A DNA stretch of 64,000 nucleotides, taken from NCBI GenBank assembly GCA_963664015.2, contig CAXXLF010000002.1:736001-800000 (forward strand). Reading direction: 5' to 3'. The notes below the pieces were generated by a model. The model was given only the letters and a program-made list of their open reading frames with translations. It did no database searches and was not told the DNA's origin. Of this stretch, positions 1 through 10,885 are shown one piece after another. The position numbers and the translations under genes are program-made. The stretch comes from Candidatus Binatia bacterium. Its GTDB lineage: Bacteria; Desulfobacterota; Binatia; UBA9968; CAXXLF01. How positions within the stretch are numbered: position 1 is the stretch's first letter; every line of letters starts with the position of its first letter.

Positions 1-2
1 TG

Positions 3-74
3 CTTCAAGTTTCCCGCCTAGCCCTCCCGGAAATGAAGGTGGAAATCCAGGTCATCGCCGTGGTTCCAGAATAG
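3..74 (+). CDS. C-terminal end of a RidA/YjgF-family protein (truncated by window edge)
   Basis: Own translation from base 3: LQVSRLALPEMKVEIQVIAVVPE*; V-x-x-L...VEI-x-x-IA matches the RidA C-terminal signature. Confidence 0.7.
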   Translation, partial: LQVSRLALPEMKVEIQVIAVVPE

Positions 75-94
75 ATCTTCCAAGAAAGAAACCT

Positions 95-2515
95 ATGGCC
101 GAAAGCATCAAGCACCCAAAAGATCTTCCCATCACTCAGCCGCGCTATGTGGCCCGCGACGTTCCCCGTGCCGAGGATCCTATGCTTCTTACGGGTAAGG
201 CCGAATTCGGCAATGACATCCAGCTACCGGGAATGTTGCACGCGGCGATTCTGAGGAGCCCCCACCCGCACGCCTTAATCAAGCGCATCGATACCTCGCG
301 AGCGGAGAAGCTTCCAGGCGTAAGCGCTGTATTGACAGGACAGGAGGTCAAGCAGTGGTCCAGCCCCGTTTTTGGCATACCCGAAGGGTGGACCGGCTAT
401 GCCCTGGCCGTTGAGAAAACCCATTGGGTCGGTGAACCCGTTGCCGTAGTCGCCGCTAGGAACCGGTATATAGCTGAAGACGCGCTGGAATTGATCGAAG
501 TCGATTACGAGCCCCTTGAACCGGTCGTTGACGCCGTCAAGGCGGCTCGAGGGGAAGGGCCTTACGTTCTCGAAGGAAAGGAAAGCAACATCGCCTACGC
601 GCGCAAGTTCTCCTACGGGAATACCCAGGGGGCCTTTGACGCTGCGGATGTCGTGGTCAAGGAAAAGTTCCGTTGGCATCGGAGCAGCGGCAATTCCATC
701 GAGACGTGCATCTGCATCGCCGACTGGGATCCGGTGACGAATATGCTGACGCTGCGTGGCAGCCATCGCTCGCCCCACCTGATCCTGCCGGCTGTGGTCT
801 TTTCCCTCGGTCTCCCATCCTCCAATATTCGGATCGTTCAATCCAACCTGGGAGGCAGCTTCGGCGTCAAAACATTCGCCCGCTACGTGACACTGATCTC
901 CCTCATGGCCAAAAAGCTCGGCGGCCGTCCGGTCAAATGGACCGAAGACCGGATCGAGCACATGATTGGGAACAGCAGCCATGCCTGGGACCGGTTCTAC
1001 GAGTGTGAATTGGCCCTAAAGCGCGACGGTACGTTAACGGGGATGAGGGTCGACATGATCGATGACATGGGCGCCTTCTCCGAATGGCTCGCCGTCGGCC
1101 AGGTCATCAAACCGATCCTTGCCTTCGGCAGCTGCTACCATCTCCCCAACTTCGAGTACGACACCAAGGCCGTCATAACCAACAAGGTTCCCCAGGGGCC
1201 TATGCGGGCCTTTGGCCTACCACCGCATTTTTGGGTCCTCGAGCAACTGATGGACATGGCAGCAAAAGAACTCGGCATGGACCCCATAGAGCTGCGCCGG
1301 CGAAACCTGATCAGCAAGGACAGCTTCCCCTACGAGCTGCCTTCGGGAAACGTCTACGACAGCGGCAACTACGAGGAAGGCCTCGCAATGTTGATCGACA
1401 AGTCCGGTTACAGTGAACTCAAGCACGAACAGGAACAGGCCCGCTCGGAGGGCCGGCTCGTAGGCTTGAGCGTAGTCAGTAGCATCGAGCCGGGGTTGAC
1501 CGGGCCGCCCATGCTCTCCCTGGCATCGCCCCGTATCTTCACACGCACTTCGTCGCCCGAGGGCGTTCTCATCCGCATCGACCAGTTTGGCAAGGTGATC
1601 GTGGAAGTGGGCTTCCCCGAGGGGGGACAAAGCCAGCACAGCTTCGTACGCCAGATCCTCGCCGATTACTTTTCCATGACGCTCGACGACATCAGGGTCA
1701 TCACCGTCGACAGCCTGACCATGCAGCCTGGTACGGGGCCCATTTCCAGCTCATTGGCAATCGCGCTGAGCGGTGCCGTGCTCGGAGCCGCTCAGAGACT
1801 CACCGACAAACTCGCACGTGTCGCAGCCACCATGCTGGAAGCTACGCCTGGTGATATCGAATTTTTCGACGGAATGTTCCGGGTGCGCGGCGTTCCTGAA
1901 AAGGCCCTGCCGACCATGAAGGTTGTGATGTCCATGACCATGCGTCCCGACTTGCTTCCCGAAAACGTCGACGCCAATCCGGAGGCAACTTACGTATGGA
2001 ATCCACCGGACCGCAGCATTCCCGACGAGCATGGCTGGGGACGTTACAGCGTCACAGCTACCAGCGCTCAGCATCTGTGCATGGTGGAAGTAGACAGAGA
2101 TACCGGCATGGTAGAGATTCTCAAGTACGTCATGGTGGATGATTGCGGCGTACGACTGAACCCGAGTGTGGTGCGCGGCATGCTGCTCGGGGGGCTCGCC
2201 CATGGAGTCGGGGTCGCGCTCCTTGAGGAATATGTATACGACGACCAGGGACAGATCCTGACATCGACTTACATGGACTACCTGATGCCTAGGATCACGG
2301 ACGTGCCCTCGCCCGAGCAGTACGAGATGTGCACACCCTCTCCCATTACCGCTTTGGGCGTCAAAGGCGTTGGCGAGGCGGCGGTTCACACCGCCCCCGC
2401 CGCCATTCTCTGCGCCGTCAACAACGCCCTCGAGCCCCTGGGAATCCGCGTCACCGAAGCGCCATTTTCACCCTTGAGGCTCTGGAACGCCATCCACGGC
2501 CGCCCAAAGGCTTGA
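95..2515 (+). CDS. Xanthine dehydrogenase family molybdopterin-binding large subunit (CoxL-like) #1
   Basis: 806 aa; LRSPHPHA, GGSFGVK, YDSGNY, DDCG..LNP..V.G, KGVGEAA; active-site loop PMRAFG, so not the CODH AYxCSFR type. Confidence 0.93.
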   Translation: MAESIKHPKDLPITQPRYVARDVPRAEDPMLLTGKAEFGNDIQLPGMLHAAILRSPHPHALIKRIDTSRAEKLPGVSAVLTGQEVKQWSSPVFGIPEGWTGYALAVEKTHWVGEPVAVVAARNRYIAEDALELIEVDYEPLEPVVDAVKAARGEGPYVLEGKESNIAYARKFSYGNTQGAFDAADVVVKEKFRWHRSSGNSIETCICIADWDPVTNMLTLRGSHRSPHLILPAVVFSLGLPSSNIRIVQSNLGGSFGVKTFARYVTLISLMAKKLGGRPVKWTEDRIEHMIGNSSHAWDRFYECELALKRDGTLTGMRVDMIDDMGAFSEWLAVGQVIKPILAFGSCYHLPNFEYDTKAVITNKVPQGPMRAFGLPPHFWVLEQLMDMAAKELGMDPIELRRRNLISKDSFPYELPSGNVYDSGNYEEGLAMLIDKSGYSELKHEQEQARSEGRLVGLSVVSSIEPGLTGPPMLSLASPRIFTRTSSPEGVLIRIDQFGKVIVEVGFPEGGQSQHSFVRQILADYFSMTLDDIRVITVDSLTMQPGTGPISSSLAIALSGAVLGAAQRLTDKLARVAATMLEATPGDIEFFDGMFRVRGVPEKALPTMKVVMSMTMRPDLLPENVDANPEATYVWNPPDRSIPDEHGWGRYSVTATSAQHLCMVEVDRDTGMVEILKYVMVDDCGVRLNPSVVRGMLLGGLAHGVGVALLEEYVYDDQGQILTSTYMDYLMPRITDVPSPEQYEMCTPSPITALGVKGVGEAAVHTAPAAILCAVNNALEPLGIRVTEAPFSPLRLWNAIHGRPKA

Positions 2516-2806
2516 GAGAAATCGCAGCCCCTGAGATCCGGGATCCCTATAGCCCAAGAAAACACCGCCGCTACAGATTGGCCATATTTTTCCCAGTCCT
2601 AATTTTCAGCTGTATTCCCCGATCCAGTCATACTTTTGATTCCAAATCATCACCTGGCCTGAGTGTCTCCAAGCCGGTTTTTCACCACCGGTACAAGGGC
2701 AAATTGTAAATCACGGTAGAGTAAGACCCTTCTATCTCAATCGAGTCATTTATTATTGACTCAATTGTGTGTCTCGTGCATTGAATCGTATCGTGATGAG
2801 AAGAGC

Positions 2807-4679
2807 ATGAGCCAATCCACTGCCTGGTCGACCAACGACATCATCGACACAGTTTGCCGCTACTGGGGGTACTCGGAGCTGCGCTCGCTCTAAGAGCAAG
2901 CGATTCAAGCAGGCCTCGAGCGGCGCGACTCGCTCGTCGTAATGCCGACGGAAGGCGGCAAATCGTTGTGCTACCAGGTTCCCGCCGAACTGGCCCAAAG
3001 GACGGACATCGTGGTCTCGCCGCTCATCTCGTTGATGAAGGATCAGGTCGATGGGCTACGGGATGTGGGTATGGGGTTACGGCCCTCTACAGCGGCATGC
3101 CTCCCGATGATGTCCGTAAGACCGGAACCGAAATTGCCGCTGGTCGCTATCGGCTGGTGTTTGTGGCGCCGGAGCGTTTGTTGACACCGCGCTTCCTCCA
3201 GCTAATCAAAAGGCTTGAAGTGCGAGCATTCGCCATCGATGAAGCCCACTGCATTAGCCACTGGGGGCATGACTTCCGGCCCGAATACCGCCGGCTCGCC
3301 GAGATCAAGACTCGCTTCCCGCAAGCCAGCATCCACCCCTACACGGCAACGGCCACGGAGCGCGTACGCGCCAACATCGTCGAGCAGTTGGGTCTGCGGA
3401 ACCCGGCGGTTCTCGTCGGCATTTTCGACCGTCCCAATCTGGTGTACCGGATCATTCCCCGTATCGATGTAAAAAGACAGGTGATCGAGGAGCTGCGACG
3501 TCACCCCAACGAGGTAGCAATCGTCTACTGCATCAGTCGGAGGGACACCGAATCAATGGCCGAGTTTCTGCAAGGGAATCGGTTACGCGCCGCCTTCTAC
3601 CACGCCGGCATGGAGGCGGACGAACGCCGTAGTACGCAAGACGCGTTTGCCGCGGAGGATATCGACGTAGTGGTGGCAACGGTCGCGTTCGGCATGGGGA
3701 TCGATCGCAGCAACGTGCGCTACGTCATTCACGCTGCTATGCCTAAATCCATCGAGCACTATCAGCAGGAGACGGGCCGCGCCGGGCGCGATGGGCTGGA
3801 AGCCGAGTGTGTGCTGCTGTACTCGGCCGCGGATGTCCTCAGCTGGAAATCATTGATCGAGAAGAGCGCGGCCGAATTTAGCGCCGTCAACGAGATAATC
3901 GCCGCATCGCGTGTGCTACTCTAACACATGCGTCGCTTGTGCACCGGCGTGCATTGCCGGCACCGCAAGCTGTCCGAATACTTCGGGCAGGAATACCCCA
4001 AACCGGCCTGCGAAGCCTGTGACGTCTGGCACAACGAAGTCGAGGGCATCGCTGATGCAACCGCCACGGCCCAGAACATACTGGCGTGTGTGGCCCGAGC
4101 GGGCGAGCGCTTCGGTGCGAAGCACATCGTGGACGTACTGTTGGGCGCCAACACCGAGCGCATGCGACGCTGGCGCCACGAGGAACTCACCACCTACGGC
4201 TTGATGAAGGGCACAAACCGCAAGGCCATCACCAGTATGCCTACCAGCTCCTGGATGACGGCCTCCTTGACCGAACCGCCGAAGAGCGTCCGGTTCTACG
4301 GCTCAACGGTGCGTCGTGGGCGGTACTACGCGGTAAACGCACTGTGCGGCTCCTGCAGCCAAAAACGGAGGTGAGAAAGAACCGATTCCACCAGGAATCA
4401 TGGGAGGGCGTCGACCGCGGTTTGTTCGATAACCTTCGGACCTTACGGCGAGAACTCGCCGAAGAGCGGGGCGTACCCGCCTATGTTTTGTTCAACGACG
4501 GCACGCTGCGCGACATGGCACGGGTCCGGCCGGGATCGGCGGTCGCGCTTCTCGATATTCGAGGCGTCGGGGAACGCAAGCTCGCAGATTTCGGACAGGG
4601 CTTCCTCGAACTCATCGCGACCTACTGTCGTACCAATGGCATACCGCTGGACGCGGGCATGCACAACTGGTCCCGATAG
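2807..4679 (+). pseudogene. recQ: RecQ DNA helicase pseudogene (helicase, RQC, HRDC domains)
   Basis: ATG 2807 MSQSTAW..YWGYSELRSL then in-frame TAA 2891-2893; [55 protein letters not shown]-like VPAYVLFNDGTL; second in-frame TAA 3922-3924; frame changes near 3070 and 4235. Confidence 0.93.
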
Positions 4680-4868
4680 GTGGACGGGCCTCGAAACCTG
4701 CGTGAACGTTATTCGACCAAGCCGCAACGTTTGGGGTTCGGGCCGATTCCCCTCCTGGGGTCAAGCAGACCTTTTTAACTTTTGGGTGCATCGCCCTTCT
4801 CTGAGTGCATTGCTCAACTTCTCCACCACCCTTTGCCTGTGTCTCTTGGATTATTGAGGCTCCTTCCC

Positions 4869-5968
4869 CTACGTCAGGGAATAGCTGGTACTGCGCCCAC
4901 CGCCACCGTCTTTAATAAGAACACCCCGATTAACAAGGTCTTGTATATCACGTAAGGCCGTATCCTGTGAGCATTTGGCAATCGTCGCCCATTTGAATGA
5001 CGTTAGCTTGCCCTCCAATCCGCCCAGGAGATTGTTCAACATCATACGTTGGCGATTATTGAACGATGTGTCGGCATAGTTTTTCCAAAACTCAGCCTTG
5101 AGTAAAACTCCGGCTAACGTTTCTTCCGTACCGTCAAAAGCACGGTCGAGGCAGCCGAGAAACCATTCCATCCACGGGGTGATATCAAGACTGGCTTTTT
5201 GTGTTTTCTCCAACATGTCGTAGTAGGCCTTTCGTTCGATCCTGATCTGCGCCGACATGCTGTAAAATCGTTGCGCACTCTGTTCGGAACGGACCAGCGT
5301 CATATCGGCAATCGCTCGTGCAATGCGTCCGTTTCCATCGTCAAAGGGGTGAATGGTCACAAACCACAAATGGGCAAGCCCGGCCCGCAAGACAGGGTCC
5401 GTCCCGTCAGTGCCGTTGAACCACCTGAGAAACTACATCATTTCTTCCTTAAGGCGCTTTGCTGCAGGTGCCTCAAAATGCACATACTGCCGTCCCAACA
5501 CCCCGGACACCACTTGCATCGGTCCTCCCGCATCATCCCGCCATCAACCCACTTTGATCTTCCTCATGCCGCTGTAAGCCCTCGGTAAAAGCGAGGCATG
5601 CCAGATGAACAATCGCTCAGCAGTCAGCGGAGTATTATCATTCTGCGAAGCGTTCAGCATCCTTTCGACCACGCCCTCAACATTACGGTCGAAAGGCGCC
5701 AGCGCACCTGTCTCCATTCCCAACCGCTTTGCAATGGAAGAACGTACCTGCTCGCGACTTAAAATTTCTCCTTCTATCTCGGAAGATTTAACAACCTCCA
5801 AGGTTAGCGTCTCAAGCGTTGCTTCCGCTCGCAAAGGGAACCCTAGAGTCTCCATGCGACCCATCAAGCGCCCCTGCGGTGGCGTAACGCCGCCAGCGGG
5901 CTAGCCAACCTTTCCGTGTCCCACCGGAAATGCGGCCAATCTGACAATTCATAAATATAGCGATTCAA
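4869..5968 (-). pseudogene. Fic-family protein (DUF4172 N-terminus) pseudogene
   Basis: N-terminus YIYELSDWPHFRWD; frameshift near 5875; in-frame stops TGA 5544-5546 and TAG 5433-5435; Fic motif HPFDDGNGRIAR; C-terminal GGRSTSY. Confidence 0.9.
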
Positions 5969-6177
5969 TCACCGCATTCTTCATTGAGATTCGCCGTATA
6001 TCCTACGGATTTTATAGGGCCATTCACCCCAAATATGCCTAATGCTGCCTCCGACACACACAAGTTTGACAACCTATCGATAGTAATGTTAAAGAGCAAG
6101 CATCGATGGGCGCGAACAATTTGACCAACCCCATTAACAACCCCCCCCGTTAACATAAAGGAAAGAGGCTCGTTCCA

Positions 6178-8604
6178 ATGGCAAAGTCGATTCCCGGAAG
6201 CTTCAGCGATATGCCCATGACCCAGCCACGCTACGTTGGTAAAGACGTTACGCGGATTGAGGACGTGACGCTGCTCACCGGTTGTGCTGAATTCACCAAT
6301 AACGTTTCATTGCCCAGCATGCTGCATGCGGCAGTCCTGCTAAGTCCCCACGCCCATGCCCGCATAACGCGCATCGACACCTCCAAGGCCCAAATGCTTA
6401 AGGGGGTGGTCGCCATTGTGACGGGAGAAGAAGCGAAACAATGGTCTGAGCCGGTGTCGGGCTTTCCCCAGGGTTGGGCAGGCCACTGCCTCGCCATAGA
6501 CAAGGTGCGATTTGTAGGCGACCCAATTGCAGCGGTAGCCGCCACCAGCCGTTACATCGCGGAAGACGCCCTCGACCTGATCGAAGTGGAGTACGACGTA
6601 CTCCCCCCCGTCGTCGATCCAGCCAAAGCCTTGGAACCTTCCAGCCCCCTACTCTACGAAGAGCGGGGAACCAACATTATCTACCAACGGGTTTTTACCT
6701 ATGGGGAGATTGATGAGGCCTTCGCCAAGGCCGACCTCGTAGTCAAAGACGACCTGAGGTGGCATCGAGCCAGCGGCAATCCCATCGAAACTATCGGCTG
6801 TATCTCTCAGTGGAATCAGACGGAGCAATCCTTAACAGCATGGGGTGGATTTCAAGGGACCGGGTTCTACACGCCGTCCATTAGCCAGGGGCTTCGAATC
6901 CCGTCCAATAAAATCCGTCTGGTCCCCCTACCCCATGGCGGGTCATTTGGCACCAAGATCTATCCCCATGCGGTCATACGAATGGCACTCCTGTCCCGCA
7001 AGGCCGGAGGCCGGCCGGTCAAATGGATTGAGGATCGTCTGGAACATCTCAAGGGAAGCTATACCCATGGTCCGGATCGTTTCCTGACCGCTGAGATGGC
7101 GCTAACACGCACGGGAGAGATCCTCGGTATTCGGATGAAGGTCCTCGATGATCTCGGGGGACACGCAGTGTCCGTAGCCCTTGGGAAAGCACTTAAACCC
7201 CTTTCTTGCCTTACGGGACCCTATCGCATGCGACACGCTCAGTACGATTTGACCGTCGTTGCCACCAACAAATGCCCGCAGGGTTCCTACCGCGGTTGGG
7301 GCGTGCCTACCCACAACCTGGGAATCGAGCATTGCATCGACCTGGCAGCGCGGGAATTGGGACTCGATCCCGCAGAGATTCGCCGCCAAAACTTGTTGAG
7401 ACCCGAGCAGTTTCCATACGAATCCCCCAACGGCGCTAGGTACGATAGCGGCAACTACGAGCGCACGCTGGACATGGCCTTGGATCTCGCCGGTTACAAG
7501 GAACTGCGAAAACAGCAAAGCGAGGCCCGCGCACAGGGAAGGCTGGTAGGGATCGGTGTGTTTACCGGAGTCGAGCTCAGCGGGGTGGCCATGAGCATGT
7601 TCACACTTTTGGGACCCAACTCACCCTTCGGCACCTCAATGCCTGAAAGCGTCCGAGTACGCATCGACGTGACCGGGAAGATCTTCGGTGAAGTGACCTT
7701 TCCCTGGGAAGGCCAAGGGCAACACAGCTTTGCCACCAGTATTTTGGCTGATTACTTTGGCGTCCCCCGTGAGCATGTCCAGGTCGTCGCCGTGGACAGC
7801 CTCGCCGCCGGGCCGGGGACAGGCCCCATCGGCAGCCGGCAGGCGGTGATGCTCTCCGGTGCAGTCCTTGGGGCGGCCGGCAAAATCGCGGACAAGCTGC
7901 GCAAGGTGGCCGGGATAATGATGGAGGTGGACGCTGAAGACATCGAGTTGATGGACGGGAAGCTACAGGTCAAGGGCTCGCCGAGCAAGGCCTTGCCTCT
8001 CCAGCAGGTCGTCGTAAGGATGCTCACCCGGTCGGACCTGTTGCCCGAGGACGTGGACGGCAACCCCGAAGCCAGCTACACTTACAATCCACCAGATCGC
8101 AAACTCCCCGACGACGAAGGGAGAGGGAGTTTCGATCTTACAGCTGCCAATTCGGCCCATGTGGTAATGGTAGAGGTCGATGCCGATACCGGACAGGTCA
8201 AAATCTTGAAGTATGCCATCTCGGACGATTGCGGCGTCAGATTGCAACCCGCCGTCGTGGAAGGAATGACTCAAGGTGCCGTGGCTCAGGGCGTGGGGAT
8301 GACGCTCCTGGAGGAACACGCATACGACGAAAACGGGCAGTACCTGAGTTCCACGTTCATGGACTATCTGATGCCCACTATTTGGGAGGTCCCCATAACC
8401 GAACGGAGCTTTACCGAGACCCCGTCACCGTTTTCTCCTCTGGGGATCAAGGGAGCAGGCGAAAGCGCCGTGCTAGCCACTCCTTCGGTATTGCTTAATG
8501 CCATCAACGACGCATTGGCACCCCTTGGAACGAGGTGTCGAACCATACCGGCGTCACCGCTGCGCCTATGGGAATTGATCCGCTCTGCTGAAAAGCAGGT
8601 TTGA
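6178..8604 (+). CDS. Xanthine dehydrogenase family molybdopterin-binding large subunit (CoxL-like) #2
   Basis: 808 aa; SPHAHA, GGSFGTK, YDSGNY, DDCG, KGAGESA; loop SYRGWG; collinear paralog of 95-2515. Confidence 0.93.
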   Translation: MAKSIPGSFSDMPMTQPRYVGKDVTRIEDVTLLTGCAEFTNNVSLPSMLHAAVLLSPHAHARITRIDTSKAQMLKGVVAIVTGEEAKQWSEPVSGFPQGWAGHCLAIDKVRFVGDPIAAVAATSRYIAEDALDLIEVEYDVLPPVVDPAKALEPSSPLLYEERGTNIIYQRVFTYGEIDEAFAKADLVVKDDLRWHRASGNPIETIGCISQWNQTEQSLTAWGGFQGTGFYTPSISQGLRIPSNKIRLVPLPHGGSFGTKIYPHAVIRMALLSRKAGGRPVKWIEDRLEHLKGSYTHGPDRFLTAEMALTRTGEILGIRMKVLDDLGGHAVSVALGKALKPLSCLTGPYRMRHAQYDLTVVATNKCPQGSYRGWGVPTHNLGIEHCIDLAARELGLDPAEIRRQNLLRPEQFPYESPNGARYDSGNYERTLDMALDLAGYKELRKQQSEARAQGRLVGIGVFTGVELSGVAMSMFTLLGPNSPFGTSMPESVRVRIDVTGKIFGEVTFPWEGQGQHSFATSILADYFGVPREHVQVVAVDSLAAGPGTGPIGSRQAVMLSGAVLGAAGKIADKLRKVAGIMMEVDAEDIELMDGKLQVKGSPSKALPLQQVVVRMLTRSDLLPEDVDGNPEASYTYNPPDRKLPDDEGRGSFDLTAANSAHVVMVEVDADTGQVKILKYAISDDCGVRLQPAVVEGMTQGAVAQGVGMTLLEEHAYDENGQYLSSTFMDYLMPTIWEVPITERSFTETPSPFSPLGIKGAGESAVLATPSVLLNAINDALAPLGTRCRTIPASPLRLWELIRSAEKQV

Positions 8605-8694
8605 GAAAACAGAAAAGACAAAGAGGACACGCGCAAAGACGCTAAGCACGCCAAGTTCAGAAAAAATCGGTAAGGATCTAGGAGGTTAATTAAG

Positions 8695-9507
8695 ATGGCT
8701 AAGGCAAAAGAAGGATTCGTTCAGGCTGGTGAATACCGGACACGTTACTGGGAGGCCGGTGAAGGCGAACCTGTAATAATGATTCATTCGGCGGATCCCG
8801 GCACAGGAGGCGGTCTCGAATTCCGGCACACGATCGAGCCGCTAAGCGAGCATTTCAAAGTGTACGCGGTGGACATAATCGGTTTCGGCAAGACCGATCC
8901 TCCGAAGGCGCTCCTGAAGCACCCCGCCTACGTCAAGCACATGTTCGATTTCATGGACGCCGTGGGAATAAAAAAGGCCCATATTGTCGGAAATTGTCGG
9001 GGCGGTCTGATTGCCATCACCCTGGGATATGAACATCCCGAAAGAGTGAACCGCATCATCCTGATCGGGAATGCGGGCGGAGGCATTCCGCCGGAACTGG
9101 AAGAGAAGGCCCTGGCTCCCTACGCCAACTACCAGCCGACGAAAGAGAACCTGGAGGCCATGCTCTCCAAGAGCTACTTCGCCATGGATCAATCGGTACC
9201 ACCGGGCGTGTTCGAAGAGTATCTGCAGTGCAGCGCACGACAGTACGAAGCTTATGCAAAGCTCGGCGGTTATCCCATGGACGTACCTAACTGTAGGCCG
9301 CAACTGGCCGAGCTCAAGGTTCCAGTGCTCTTCGTCGTCGGGCGCGAAAGCAAGGTCCTTCCCATCGAGCAGGCATTGAAAGGTTACAACCTGACGCCGG
9401 GAAGCCGATTTTACTCTATGTCCAGTTGCGGACTCCACCCCCAAACCGAGTACCCGGACGAGTTCAACAAGATCGCCCTCCAATACCTCAAAGGGGATCT
9501 GTTCTAA
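8695..9507 (+). CDS. Alpha/beta-fold hydrolase (MhpC/BphD-like) with atypical GNCRGG elbow
   Basis: 270 aa; TRYWEAGEGEPV, DIIGFGKTD, HIVGNCRGG, PVLFVVG, CGLHPQTEYPDEFN; GGAGG RBS upstream. Confidence 0.85.
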   Translation: MAKAKEGFVQAGEYRTRYWEAGEGEPVIMIHSADPGTGGGLEFRHTIEPLSEHFKVYAVDIIGFGKTDPPKALLKHPAYVKHMFDFMDAVGIKKAHIVGNCRGGLIAITLGYEHPERVNRIILIGNAGGGIPPELEEKALAPYANYQPTKENLEAMLSKSYFAMDQSVPPGVFEEYLQCSARQYEAYAKLGGYPMDVPNCRPQLAELKVPVLFVVGRESKVLPIEQALKGYNLTPGSRFYSMSSCGLHPQTEYPDEFNKIALQYLKGDLF

Positions 9508-9513
9508 CAGTCC

Positions 9514-10398
9514 ATGAAACCAGCGCCCTTCCACTACATTGCGCCCAGCAGCTTGGACGAGGCGCTGACACTGCTCGGGAAATACAACGGCCAGGCCAAG
9601 GTTCTAGCGGGGGGCCAAAGCCTTGTTCCGTTGATGAATTTTCGCCTCCTTCGCCCGGGTTACCTCCTCGACATCAACGGATTGAAAGAGCTGTCTGGGA
9701 TCCAGCTAGCCGATGGGAAACTGACCCTGGGCTCTCTCACGCGGCAGAGCGAAGTCGAGCACTCGGCAGAGGTGGAGCGGCAACTACCAATCCTGACCGA
9801 GGCGATCCGCCTTGTCGCTCACCCTGCCATCCGTAACCGCGGGACCGTCGGCGGGAGCCTGGTGCACGCTGATCCCGCCGCCGAGCTCCCGGTCGTCGCG
9901 GTGGCCCTGGACGCCGAGCTGGAACTGAAGAGCAAAAACGGGATCCGTTCGGTGCCCATCCCAGAGTTTTTCCTTGGCTACCTTGCCACCAGTATTGGCC
10001 TCGATGAAATATTGGTGAAGACTTCAATGGCCCTTCCCCCTGCGGGGACCGGGTGGTCTTTTTCCGAGTACGCTCGCCGCCACGGGGATTTTGCCATCGT
10101 CGCCGTAGCTGTCCTTCTCACTCTGGACCCGGAGGGAAAGATCGTCTTTGTTCGAATTGCACTGGGCGGTGTCGGTCCGGCTCCCATGCGCGCTTGCGCC
10201 GCTGAGAAGCTTCTCATGGGAAAAGCACCATCGGATGCCCTCTTCCGCGAAACGGCGGCTGCAGCAGTGACCGAGACCGACCCGGAAAACGATATCCATG
10301 CCTCGGCCTCCTACCGACGCCAGCTTTCGGCAGTCTATGTTCGCCGCGCACTGGAGACCGCCCATTCTCGTACTCAAAGGGGAAAAACAAGTGCCTGA
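9514..10398 (+). CDS. Molybdenum hydroxylase FAD-binding medium subunit (CoxM-like)
   Basis: MKPAPF.Y, LAGGQSLVP, IRNRGTVGGS, ADPAAE, RRHGDFA. Confidence 0.95.
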   Translation: MKPAPFHYIAPSSLDEALTLLGKYNGQAKVLAGGQSLVPLMNFRLLRPGYLLDINGLKELSGIQLADGKLTLGSLTRQSEVEHSAEVERQLPILTEAIRLVAHPAIRNRGTVGGSLVHADPAAELPVVAVALDAELELKSKNGIRSVPIPEFFLGYLATSIGLDEILVKTSMALPPAGTGWSFSEYARRHGDFAIVAVAVLLTLDPEGKIVFVRIALGGVGPAPMRACAAEKLLMGKAPSDALFRETAAAAVTETDPENDIHASASYRRQLSAVYVRRALETAHSRTQRGKTSA

Positions 10399-10885
10399 AA
10401 AAATCTCCATTACTCTGACCCTCAATGGGAAACCGGTAGCGGCAGACGTCGAGCCGCGAGTCTCCCTGGTCGACTTTCTCAGATACCACGTGGGTCTCAC
10501 CGGAACCCATGTGGGGTGCGAACATGGAGTCTGCGGCGCCTGTACGGTCCTTCTTGATGGCGAGACCGTTCGCTCCTGCCTCCTCTTTGCGGTTCAAGTC
10601 AACGGCATGGACGTCCAGACCATAGAGAGCCTGGCAACTGAGGACGGCCTCCATCCCCTTCAGCAGGCTTTTCAGAAACACCACGCATTGCAGTGCGGGT
10701 TTTGCACTCCGGGCATGCTACTCGCTGCCAAGGAATTGTTAGAGCGAAATCCCTCTCCCAACGAGGATGAGATTCGCGCCGGAATCTCGGGCAATCTCTG
10801 CATGTGTACAGGCTATGTCAATATCGTGCGAGCCGTCCAGGCCGTGGCACAATCGGGGTCCTCGCAAGTAGGAAAATCGTCATGA
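10391..10885 (+). CDS. Molybdenum hydroxylase 2Fe-2S small subunit (CoxS-like)
   Basis: GTG start 10391 overlapping the CoxM stop; GCEHGVCGACTV, SC, QCGFCTPG, NLCMCTGY. Confidence 0.95.
   Translation: MPEKISITLTLNGKPVAADVEPRVSLVDFLRYHVGLTGTHVGCEHGVCGACTVLLDGETVRSCLLFAVQVNGMDVQTIESLATEDGLHPLQQAFQKHHALQCGFCTPGMLLAAKELLERNPSPNEDEIRAGISGNLCMCTGYVNIVRAVQAVAQSGSSQVGKSS

Noticed and set aside
4869-5968. Active Fic toxin-antitoxin or anti-phage system with RecQ
   Set aside because: Both genes are multiply disrupted, convergent, and lack partner genes
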